Source: Desulfobacterales bacterium (GTDB taxonomy: Bacteria; Desulfobacterota; Desulfobacteria; Desulfobacterales; Desulfatibacillaceae). Taken from it: 48,540 nucleotides of DNA. Below, piece by piece: positions 17,359 through 25,153 of the stretch; within the stretch, counting starts at the first letter, position 1; the number at the start of each line of letters is the position of its first letter. Position numbers and translations under genes: made by a program. The stretch covers positions 1 through 48,540 of the forward strand of contig JAGVAW010000034.1 in the NCBI GenBank assembly GCA_020060085.1, read 5' to 3'. The notes under the pieces were generated by a model. It ran no database searches. It was not told the origin of the DNA and saw only the letters and a program-made list of their open reading frames with translations.

Positions 17359-17440
17359 CTATTAAAAGCCTTTTGGCTTAACATTGTTTGCATAGCGCCT
17401 TAATAAAACTGGCTGCTTTTTTTCAGGCGCAGGTCGTTGC

Positions 17441-18313
17441 CTACAATCCAGCCACATCCAGAATTGCCGGGATGCGATGCTCCCATCCCAGAGTCTGGAT
17501 AAGCACGCCCTGGGCAATGCCCTTTAGCGCGGCAACAGTTTCGCCTGCTATGCGGATGCCCTCGTTTTCGCGGTCAGCAGACTTGCGGATGCGGCTGATG
17601 AGGGCATCGGAGATTTTTGCAGACGGCTCGTTTGTGGCAATGTAGCGGGCAACAGCCACCGATTTCAAAAGAAACACGGTGGGAATGACCGGCACACCAA
17701 GGGCCGCGGCTTTTTTCAGAAAATCCGCGCTGGAATCCACATCAAAAACCGGCGGTGTGATTACAAAGCGGCATCCGGCATCAATCTTTCTTTTGGCAAG
17801 GGCCAGTTCTTCTTCCATTGCCTTTTGGTCTGCAAATGGAGCTATGGTGCAGCCGGTTTTAAAGCTGGGAACCCCGTCAAGCTCGAAACCGGCCATGTCC
17901 TTGCCTTCCACAAGCGAGCGGATGGCACCGATAAGCTCAATCTCGTCAATGTCATTCACGGGCCTGGCTTCGTGGTGATCGCCCACTTCCATTTCCTCGC
18001 CGTGAACAACAAGTATGTTCTCAATGCCAAGCACATGGGCGGCAAGGAGATCCCCCTGAAGGGCCATTCTGTTGCGGTCGCGGCAGTAAACATGGATTAT
18101 GGCCTCAATGCCCTGGCGGTGCATGAGCACGCCGCCTGCAAGGGCACTCATGCGCATGATTCCATTGTCCATGTCCGGGATGACAATGGCATCCACCCTG
18201 TCCTTTATGCGGCGGGCGTCAGTTACCAGCCGCGAGATATTGACGCCCTTGGGCGTGTGCATCTCGGCCAGCACGACAAATTCATCTGATTGCAATCGTC
18301 TTGAAAAACTCAT
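17441..18313 (-). CDS. MTHFR-family protein (second, divergent MetF-like paralog)
   Basis: Translation VVLAEMHTPKGVN...DAIVIPDMDNG...IHVYCRDRNRMALQGDLLAAHVLGIENILVV parallels the metF product (VTRDRNRLAMQSEILSAYAHGIDTMLCL). RBS GAAGGGAAAA lies upstream. Confidence 0.7.
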   Translation of the reverse strand: MSFSRRLQSDEFVVLAEMHTPKGVNISRLVTDARRIKDRVDAIVIPDMDNGIMRMSALAGGVLMHRQGIEAIIHVYCRDRNRMALQGDLLAAHVLGIENILVVHGEEMEVGDHHEARPVNDIDEIELIGAIRSLVEGKDMAGFELDGVPSFKTGCTIAPFADQKAMEEELALAKRKIDAGCRFVITPPVFDVDSSADFLKKAAALGVPVIPTVFLLKSVAVARYIATNEPSAKISDALISRIRKSADRENEGIRIAGETVAALKGIAQGVLIQTLGWEHRIPAILDVAGL

Positions 18314-18371
18314 GCTTTTTTCCCTTCAGCCATCAAGGTTTCAGGTTATCGTTGTTTTGCGCTCCAAAAGG

Positions 18372-19697
18372 CTACATTGCTGTTTCCGGATGGAACACAT
18401 TGACCTCTTTCAAATCATCTCCAAGGTACTCGCGCTCATTTGGGCCCAAAATGCCAAGCGAAAGGCAAATCAAGGTCCAAAGGTGTACGGTGCTGTAATT
18501 GCCGCCGAAATGGTGAGCCAGATCATGAATCTGGGCATGGCAGTTGTGGCAGGCGGCAATGCAGTAATCTGCTCCTGTTTCTATTATCTGGTCGAACTTA
18601 TACTTGCCGTAGGCCCGCCTTGCGTCCTGGTAGCCGGACTGCAAAAAGCCGCCTCCTCCACCGCAGCAGTAGTTGTTGCTTTTGTTGGGGGTCATGTCGA
18701 TGAAGTTTTCCTCGCCTACAACGCTTTTGACCACAAAGCGCAGGTCGTCTGCTGCCGAATCCCCGAAGCTCTTGCGGATTATCTGGCAGGGGTCCTGCAC
18801 CGTGAACTTTATTTTCAAATCCTTGTTCCAGTCGGAATTAACCTTGAGCTTGCCCTCGCGAATCCACCGGGCGTAGTATTGATAGATTGAAGCCACTTCA
18901 AAGTTGTGCTCGATGCCAAATTTTTTCAGTCCGGCCCGGACTGAGAATGTTATGTGCCCTCATTCGGTGTTGAGAAAGACCTTGCACCCAAGGTCATCGG
19001 CCTGCTTTGCGGATATGCGGGTGATGTGCTCCCATGCGTCATTGTCCGCCAGGAACAGGCAGTAGTTTTCGCCGCCCCAGCCCTTGCTGCCGTATGTCCA
19101 GTCCGCTCCCACAACATGGAGTATCTTCCACAGGGGCAAAAGCTCGTCAGGCTCTGTCACCGGCTCGCGGGAGTTCTGGTTGAGGAAAAAGTGCGCCCCC
19201 TGCTTGTCTATGGGCGCTTCCATTTCCGCAAATTCGGGCTGGGCCTCACGGTACTCCTCAAGCACATCGCCCACCACAAATTCAAAATCCTCCGGCGAGG
19301 TGCCCATTGCGCTGCAAGAGTCATTTCGCAGAGCCATGTCGCAGGATCCCAGAATGCCCTTGGGCCTTGTCTCGCGCGGCCATGTTGTCCGTGCGTTGTA
19401 AACAAGCTGGGGAATGTCGATCTGCATGGGGCAAACAAAAATGCAGCGCTGGCACATGGTGCACATCCACACCCAGGGCGTGCTTGTAATCTCTTCATCC
19501 ATGCCTAAAGCCGCCATGCGGAGGAACTTGCGCGGGTCCATGTTCTCCAGCCCGGTGGCCGGACAACCCGAAACGCAGGCCCCGCAGGTTAAACACAGGT
19601 TGAGATTGCCACCTTCAGGAAGAATCTCCTTTACCTTGTTTAAAAAGGTGCTTTTTTTCGGACTTTTCAGTTGAATTAAAGCAGTTGACATATCCAT
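18372..19697 (-). CDS. DsrK/HdrD-like Fe-S oxidoreductase (2x[4Fe-4S] + CCG domain), probable selenoprotein with in-frame TGA at 18960..18962
   Basis: ORFs 18960..19697 and 18372..18896 are in the same frame. They are separated only by one TGA and 21 sense codons. The N-terminal part has CLTCGACVSGCP and CTMCQRCIFVCP. The C-terminal part has a complete CCG domain (C-X39-CCG-X36-CxxC: DPC...YCCGGGGG...CHNC). A hairpin follows the TGA. Confidence 0.65.
18926..18944 (-). promoter_or_regulatory. Candidate bacterial SECIS hairpin
   Basis: The mRNA reads UGA-N15-UCAGUCCG-GGC-CGGACUGA. This gives an 8-bp perfect stem and a G-rich apical loop that starts 23 nt after the UGA. Confidence 0.5.
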
Positions 19698-19763
19698 TTC
19701 CTTTTTTTGTTTTTTTGCCTCTCTTACCCGCCTTTTAAAAAGCCAATAAACGGGCGGACAGGC

Positions 19764-20009
19764 TTAACAGGACTTTTTTATCCGCACCCGGAAGAAGTAG
19801 TCGCTGCCTTCTGTAACCTCCATGAGAACAACCTCGTAGGAGTCGGCTGGCAGCAGCTTGAAAAGATCTTTTCTCACATCCGGGTCGGATCCCAATATCT
19901 CCAGAATTTCAGCAGGCAGCATCTTGTTAAAGACCTTGGTCATCTTGAGCAGGGAAAGGGGAGAGATGCTGCCCCTAAAATCCAGTAAATGATTTGTTAT
20001 TTCGTCCAT
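19764..20009 (-). CDS. TusA/SirA-fold small protein lacking the catalytic Cys (first gene of operon A)
   Basis: Translation MDEITNHLLDFRGSISPLSLLKMTKVF...ILEILGSDPDVRKDLFKLL. The layout is TusA-like, but SP replaces the CP motif. The ATG at 20009 is preceded by GGGAGAGG. Confidence 0.6.
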   Translation of the reverse strand: MDEITNHLLDFRGSISPLSLLKMTKVFNKMLPAEILEILGSDPDVRKDLFKLLPADSYEVVLMEVTEGSDYFFRVRIKKSC

Positions 20010-20044
20010 GGTCGCCTCTCCCTTCAAAGTCTGGCCAGGGTAAA

Positions 20045-20059
20045 GCAAGACGCGGGCCA
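20045..20059 (-). promoter_or_regulatory. Sigma54 (-24/-12) promoter of operon A
   Basis: The minus strand reads TTGGCCCGCGTCTTGCT, against the consensus YTGGCACGrNNNTTGCW. GG and GC have the correct spacing. The site lies about 36 nt upstream of the ATG at 20009. Confidence 0.6.
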
Positions 20060-20216
20060 AAAATGACGCAATGCAATAAAAATTTTAATTATCCAATAAA
20101 ACCAAAATGTTGATAATGATAAAAATAATGGTTATCTTGTTATTGTTGCTAAAGGCGGATTGTTTTGTTAAAAGCAGGCGCCTTTACATGTGTAAAGGCT
20201 TAACAGGAGTTGCTTA

Positions 20217-21611
20217 ATGATTGGCAGGGAGTTGAACAGATATTGGGAGACTGTTGTTAACACCATCAGCGATGGCATAATGATAGTCAACACCAGCGGG
20301 GCCATTGTATCTGTAAACGCGGCAATGGAGCGCATTACAGGGTACAGCCGCGAGGAGCTGGTGGGCTGCAAGTGCACCATGTTAAACTGTGCAGCCTGCG
20401 AGCAGACCCTTGCAAGCGGCGGAGAGCACTGGTGCGGGCTTTTCCGCTTCGGCTCCATAACCCAGAAAAAATGCCAGATTCAGCGTAAAGACGGTTCTTA
20501 TCGCAATGTTCTCAAAAATGCGGCCATTTTGAAGGACGATGATGGTGTTGTCATAGGCGCTGTCGGCACCCTGGCCGATCTGGAGGAAATCACAAAGCGG
20601 GAGACCCAGCTTGAGGCTTTCAGGAAAGAGTTGCGCTCCGAGGACAGCTTTCATGGAATAATAGGGCATTCTCCGGCCATGCAGCAGGTTTTCAATCTTA
20701 TCGAAAACGCGGCCCGGTCGGATGCCCCTGTCATAATCTACGGCGAAAGCGGCACAGGCAAGGAGCTTGTGAGCCGGGCCATCCACGATTTAGGCGAAAG
20801 AAATGACAAGCCCTTTGTAAAGGTCAATTGTGCAAGCCTTACCGAGTCTCTACTGGAAAGCGAGCTTTTCGGCCATGTGAGGGGGGCTTACACCGGGGCT
20901 TACAAGGACAGGCTTGGCCGCTTTGAAATGGCGGACACAGGCAGCATCTTTTTAGATGAAATCGGCGAACTGCCCATTTCCACACAGGTCAAGCTTTTGC
21001 GGGTGCTTGAGGACAAGGTTGTTGAGAGGGTTGGCGCGAGCCGCCCAATTTCAACGGATGTGCGCATTGTTTCGGCCACCAACCGGGATCTGGCCAAGCT
21101 TGTGGAGAACGGCAGCTTCCGCAAGGATTTTTATTTCCGCATCAATGTAATTCCCATAGTCCTGCCGCCCTTAAGAAACAGAACCGAGGATATTCCGCTT
21201 CTGGCCGAGGCTTTTTTCCGCAAAATGCGCTTAAAAAGCGGCAAGAACATAATGGGCATAAGCCGCGACACAATGGATTTGCTCGCAAATCACGACTGGC
21301 CCGGCAATGTGCGGGAGCTTAAAAGCGCCTTTGAGTACGCCTTTGTTACCTGCTCCGGGCCAATGGTGGAGCCTCATCATATGCCTGCGGCAATTTCTGC
21401 GCCCAAAAGACCTGCTGCGGCACAGCCCAAGCCCAAGCGATCCATGGATCTCAAGGAAATCGAAAAGCAGGAGCTTCTGGAAGCCCTTGAACAGGCCGGG
21501 GGCAATCAGTCCAAAGCCGCAGAGCTTCTTGGTGTTTCGCGGGTCACTGTCTGGAACCGCATGAAGCGCCACAAAATAGACTCAAAAATTAAGATAGAGG
21601 TAAACGGATAA
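20217..21611 (+). CDS. Sigma54-dependent transcriptional activator (PAS - AAA+ - Fis-type HTH), no REC domain
   Basis: Walker A GESGTGKE, GAFTGA-type loop GHVRGAYTGA, ESELFGH, and C-terminal GGNQSKAAELLGVSRVTVWNRMKRH. Confidence 0.9.
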   Translation: MIGRELNRYWETVVNTISDGIMIVNTSGAIVSVNAAMERITGYSREELVGCKCTMLNCAACEQTLASGGEHWCGLFRFGSITQKKCQIQRKDGSYRNVLKNAAILKDDDGVVIGAVGTLADLEEITKRETQLEAFRKELRSEDSFHGIIGHSPAMQQVFNLIENAARSDAPVIIYGESGTGKELVSRAIHDLGERNDKPFVKVNCASLTESLLESELFGHVRGAYTGAYKDRLGRFEMADTGSIFLDEIGELPISTQVKLLRVLEDKVVERVGASRPISTDVRIVSATNRDLAKLVENGSFRKDFYFRINVIPIVLPPLRNRTEDIPLLAEAFFRKMRLKSGKNIMGISRDTMDLLANHDWPGNVRELKSAFEYAFVTCSGPMVEPHHMPAAISAPKRPAAAQPKPKRSMDLKEIEKQELLEALEQAGGNQSKAAELLGVSRVTVWNRMKRHKIDSKIKIEVNG

Positions 21612-21821
21612 ATCCTGCGATTTTCTTTTGTTCCTCCCCGCACCCCAGCAAGGTTGCTCCGCCACTGCCTTGCAATATAAGCAAAGGTGGCTTAAGATTT
21701 TTCATTGTTAAAAAAATGCAATGCCGTGGCAGCATGGTAAGATTGACGCGCACAAACAAGGCGGCAGCTTATAAGTTAAAAGACATCACGGATATTGAGC
21801 CAAATAAAACCGGGGGCTGAT

Positions 21822-23474
21822 ATGGCGGCAGGTGTAAACCAAAGACCAACAGGGGATTTGATGCAGGAGAATCAAGAACCTGCCGGGCAGAAATACCAAG
21901 AAAAGGCAGACAGGCCGTTTGCTTTTGATTCCAAACCCTGGAGCATTCTTCTTGCAGATGATGAGCCGGATATCCGCGATGTGATGTCCCTGGCCCTTGA
22001 GGATGCGGGATACCAAGTTCATGTTGCCCAAGACGGGGTGCAGGCTCTTAAAATCTGCGGTAGCACGGACATAAGGATAGTAATTACAGACATCCGCATG
22101 CCGGGCATGGACGGCATTGAGCTGCTTGAAAAGGTGAAGGCTGCTTTTGAAGATATTGAAGTGATTGTGATGACCGCCTTTGGCGAGATGGACCTTGCCA
22201 TAACGGCATTGAGGCTTGATGCTTCTGACTTCATAAACAAGCCGGTTAACAATGATGCCCTTTTTATGGCCATAAGCCGGGCGAAAAACCGTTATTTAAG
22301 CCGCAAAAAGCTAAAAGACCACGCCAAACTGCTGGAAAGGGAGAATGCTCTCACCGCCCTTGAGCTTACCAAAAGCCTTGATTATCAGAGAAGCCTCATC
22401 CAAAGCTCCATGGACGGCATTTTGGGCTGCGATGAAAATGGCTGCGTTGCCCTTGTGAACAAAAGCCTTGAAGCAATGCTTGGTTTTGGCCGGGAAGAGA
22501 TGATGGGCAGACCTGCCCTTGAAATGCTCTTTACCTCCCAGGATGCCAAAAAATTTGAAGAGGACAGGGCCGGCCAAAAATACGGTGGGCCGGGACGCCT
22601 TTTTATTTATGAAACCCGGATTCAGCAGAAATCCGGCAAGAGCCTGCCTGTGCAGGTTTCCTCGACAGATCTTCCTGGAGGCGGCATTGTATGCTTTTTC
22701 AGGGATTTACGCCAAATACGCCGCCTTGAGCGCGAGTTTGAAGACCAGGCTCGAATACTTTTGCAGGACAAGATGATGTCTTTGGGAAGGCTTGCTGCAA
22801 GCGTGGTTCATGAGATAAACAATCCCCTTTCAGGGGTATTGAACTATGCACGGCTCATGAAAAAGATGCTTGCCACGGGCAAAACAAGCCCTGCTGATTT
22901 GGCAGACTTTGAAAAATATCTTGAGCTTGTTGAAAGCGAAACAAGCCGCTGTACCCAGATTGTGGGAAACCTGCTGGCCTTTTCCCGCCGTTCCAAAACC
23001 GAGATGGAGCCTGTGGATGTCGCCCTGCTCGTGGATCGCTGCGTGATTTTGAGCCAGCACAAGCTTTCCCTTTCGCAAATTGACTTGAAGGTAACCGTAA
23101 AAAAGCCCCTGCCCTTGGTGATCGGAAACTTTAACCAGCTTGCCCAGTGCGTGATCAACCTCATACTTAATGCTGTGGATGCCATGCCCCAGGGAGGAGA
23201 GCTTGAGATAGGTGCGGAATACGACCCAAAATCAAACACGGTAAGGCTTAAAGTTGCAGATACGGGCACAGGCATAAAGCCCGATGACCTGGAGAGGATT
23301 TTCGAGCCTTTTTTCACAACCAAGAAGCAGGGTTACGGGGTGGGCCTTGGCCTTTCAACAGTTTACGGAATAATGGAGCGCCATAAGGGATCTGTTGCCG
23401 TTATCAGCACGCCCGGAGAAGGCTCTGTTTTCACCCTGGTTCTGCCTGCGGACAAACAATCTGCCTCACAATAG
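21822..23474 (+). CDS. Hybrid sensor histidine kinase (REC-PAS-HisKA-HATPase)
   Basis: Motifs ILLADDEPDIRD...VITDIRMPGMDG...NKP, H-box VHEINNPL, and NLILNAVDAM, DTGTGI, GVGLGLSTVYGIM. The start is uncertain. The ORF track begins at a TTG at 21795, and the ATG at 21822 is used here. Confidence 0.85.
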   Translation: MAAGVNQRPTGDLMQENQEPAGQKYQEKADRPFAFDSKPWSILLADDEPDIRDVMSLALEDAGYQVHVAQDGVQALKICGSTDIRIVITDIRMPGMDGIELLEKVKAAFEDIEVIVMTAFGEMDLAITALRLDASDFINKPVNNDALFMAISRAKNRYLSRKKLKDHAKLLERENALTALELTKSLDYQRSLIQSSMDGILGCDENGCVALVNKSLEAMLGFGREEMMGRPALEMLFTSQDAKKFEEDRAGQKYGGPGRLFIYETRIQQKSGKSLPVQVSSTDLPGGGIVCFFRDLRQIRRLEREFEDQARILLQDKMMSLGRLAASVVHEINNPLSGVLNYARLMKKMLATGKTSPADLADFEKYLELVESETSRCTQIVGNLLAFSRRSKTEMEPVDVALLVDRCVILSQHKLSLSQIDLKVTVKKPLPLVIGNFNQLAQCVINLILNAVDAMPQGGELEIGAEYDPKSNTVRLKVADTGTGIKPDDLERIFEPFFTTKKQGYGVGLGLSTVYGIMERHKGSVAVISTPGEGSVFTLVLPADKQSASQ

Positions 23475-23499
23475 GGCCTTTTTCGACAAGCAAAAAACC

Positions 23500-24900
23500 T
23501 TACAAAACCTTTTCCGCCTCATCCTCTGACACCCACTGGGGCTTTATCGCAAATTTCTTCATCCTGTTCCATACCGTAACCCGCGAAATACCCAAAAGCC
23601 TGGCTGCTTCGGACTGATTTCCCCCTGCCTGGGCAAGGGCCTCCATCAATTCCTGTTTCTGGCGCTCATCCCTGCTTGCGGGCCTGGTCTGGCTCTTTCC
23701 GGGACCTGCCGGTTTTGCTGCTGCCATTGCAGGCGGAAGGTGGCGCGGCTCGATAAGGCTTTCGTGGCAGGTCACAAATGCGTATTCAAGGGCGCTTTTA
23801 AGCTCCCGCACATTGCCCGGCCAGGGGTAGTCCATGAGTCTTGCCATTGCCTGGCTGCTTATGCCGTCAATGTGCCGTTCACTTTTTAAGGATATCTGCC
23901 GGAAAAAAGACTGGGCAAGAATTGGAATGTCTGATGCCCTTTTTCTTAAAGGCGGAACAATAATTGGAATGACATTTATCCGGTAATAGAAATCCTCCCT
24001 AAAAAGACCCTGCCGGACAAGGGAGTCAAGATCCTTGTTGGTGGCTGAGATAATGCGAACATCCACCGGTACGGGCTGATTGTCCCCAACCCTTTCCACA
24101 ACCCGCTCCTCTAAAACCCGCAAAAGTTTGACCTGAGTGGACAGGGGCAGATCCCCTATTTCATCGAGAAAAATATCCCCCTGCTTTGCTGCCTCAAAGC
24201 GGCCTATGCGGTTGCGGTAGGCCCCTGTGTAAGCCCCTTTTACATGGCCGAAAAGCTCGCTTTCCAGAAGGGTTTCATTTAAGGCCGCACAGTTAAATTT
24301 TACAAAGGGCTTGGTTTTGCGGGGGCCAAGTTCATGAATGACCTGGGCCACAAGCTCCTTGCCCGTGCCGCTTTCGCCAAGGATGATGACAGGCGCATCC
24401 GACTGGGCAGCGTTTGTGATGTGATCGTACATCTGGAGCATGACCGTTGACTGACCCGTGATGCCGTGAAAGCCATCCCGCGACTGAAGCTCCCGGCGGA
24501 ACACCTCTATCTGGTGATCCTTTTCGATGAGCTCTGAAATATCGGTCACGGTTTCCACCGCCCCCATTGCATGGCCCTGCGCATCGTAGAGCAGGGAGGC
24601 GTTTTTAAGTACATGAATACGCCTGCCGCTCTTGCGGCGCAGGGTGCATTTGCGTTCGGCCAGCGAGCCGTTGCGAAAAAGAACGCAGTAGCGGTTGCCC
24701 TTGTGGGCACGGGCGTAGTCAAAAATATCGCAGTGAAGAATGGCGCAGGAGTGCCCAAGTAGCTCATCGCGGGAAAAGCCTGTTATGCGCTCCATGCCCC
24801 GGTTCACGGAAACAATCGTCCCGCCGGAATCCACTATCATTATTCCATCCTGAATAGTGTCAACCACCTTTTTCCAATAGGTGTTCAAATCTTCAATCAT
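23500..24900 (-). CDS. Sigma54-dependent transcriptional activator (PAS - AAA+ - Fis-type HTH), paralog of 20217..21611
   Basis: Its N-terminus is near-identical in pattern to the other activator (MIEDLNTYWKKVVDTIQDGIMIVDSGGTIVSVNRGMERITGFSRDELLG). It also has GESGTGKE, GHVKGAYTGA and GGNQSEAARLLGISRVTVWNRMKKF. Confidence 0.9.
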   Translation of the reverse strand: MIEDLNTYWKKVVDTIQDGIMIVDSGGTIVSVNRGMERITGFSRDELLGHSCAILHCDIFDYARAHKGNRYCVLFRNGSLAERKCTLRRKSGRRIHVLKNASLLYDAQGHAMGAVETVTDISELIEKDHQIEVFRRELQSRDGFHGITGQSTVMLQMYDHITNAAQSDAPVIILGESGTGKELVAQVIHELGPRKTKPFVKFNCAALNETLLESELFGHVKGAYTGAYRNRIGRFEAAKQGDIFLDEIGDLPLSTQVKLLRVLEERVVERVGDNQPVPVDVRIISATNKDLDSLVRQGLFREDFYYRINVIPIIVPPLRKRASDIPILAQSFFRQISLKSERHIDGISSQAMARLMDYPWPGNVRELKSALEYAFVTCHESLIEPRHLPPAMAAAKPAGPGKSQTRPASRDERQKQELMEALAQAGGNQSEAARLLGISRVTVWNRMKKFAIKPQWVSEDEAEKVL

Positions 24901-25102
24901 TGCCTGCCCCTGTTAAAAAATTAACAATACCACATGAACAATCGTTTATATTTTTAACATGGTAAGCGCAAGTTTTTTTTGCTTTTTTGGGTCAACGCCT
25001 TTCCCCGTCTGTTCGCATGGCAAAATATTATCCCGTAATTTCAACTCTATGAGCAGTTATTGCCTTTAAAAAAAAAGTTTTTTGACACCTTCCTTCATTT
25101 TT

Positions 25103-25118
25103 GGGCACCCGGCTTGCA
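25103..25118 (+). promoter_or_regulatory. Sigma54 (-24/-12) promoter of operon B
   Basis: GGGCACCCGGCTTGCA, with GG at 25104..25105 and GC at 25116..25117, giving 12-nt spacing. It lies 36 nt upstream of the TusA-like start and divergent from the activator gene. Confidence 0.65.
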
Positions 25119-25153
25119 ATTAATAAGGGCGGAATAACTCATGGAGGTGAGCT

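Noticed and set aside
18372-18896. Annotating 18372..18896 and 18960..19697 as two separate genes (HdrC-like plus HdrB-like).
   Set aside because: The two ORFs share one frame, separated by a single TGA and 21 sense codons. The downstream piece needs a GTG start with no RBS, and a SECIS-like hairpin follows the TGA. The split-gene or sequencing-error alternative cannot be fully excluded without alignments, so it is kept as the refuting hypothesis.
21612-21821. TGGCAG-N5-TAAG and CTGCCTTGCA motifs between activator A and the hybrid kinase, considered as a third sigma54 promoter.
   Set aside because: Neither has both GG and GC at the required 12-nt spacing.
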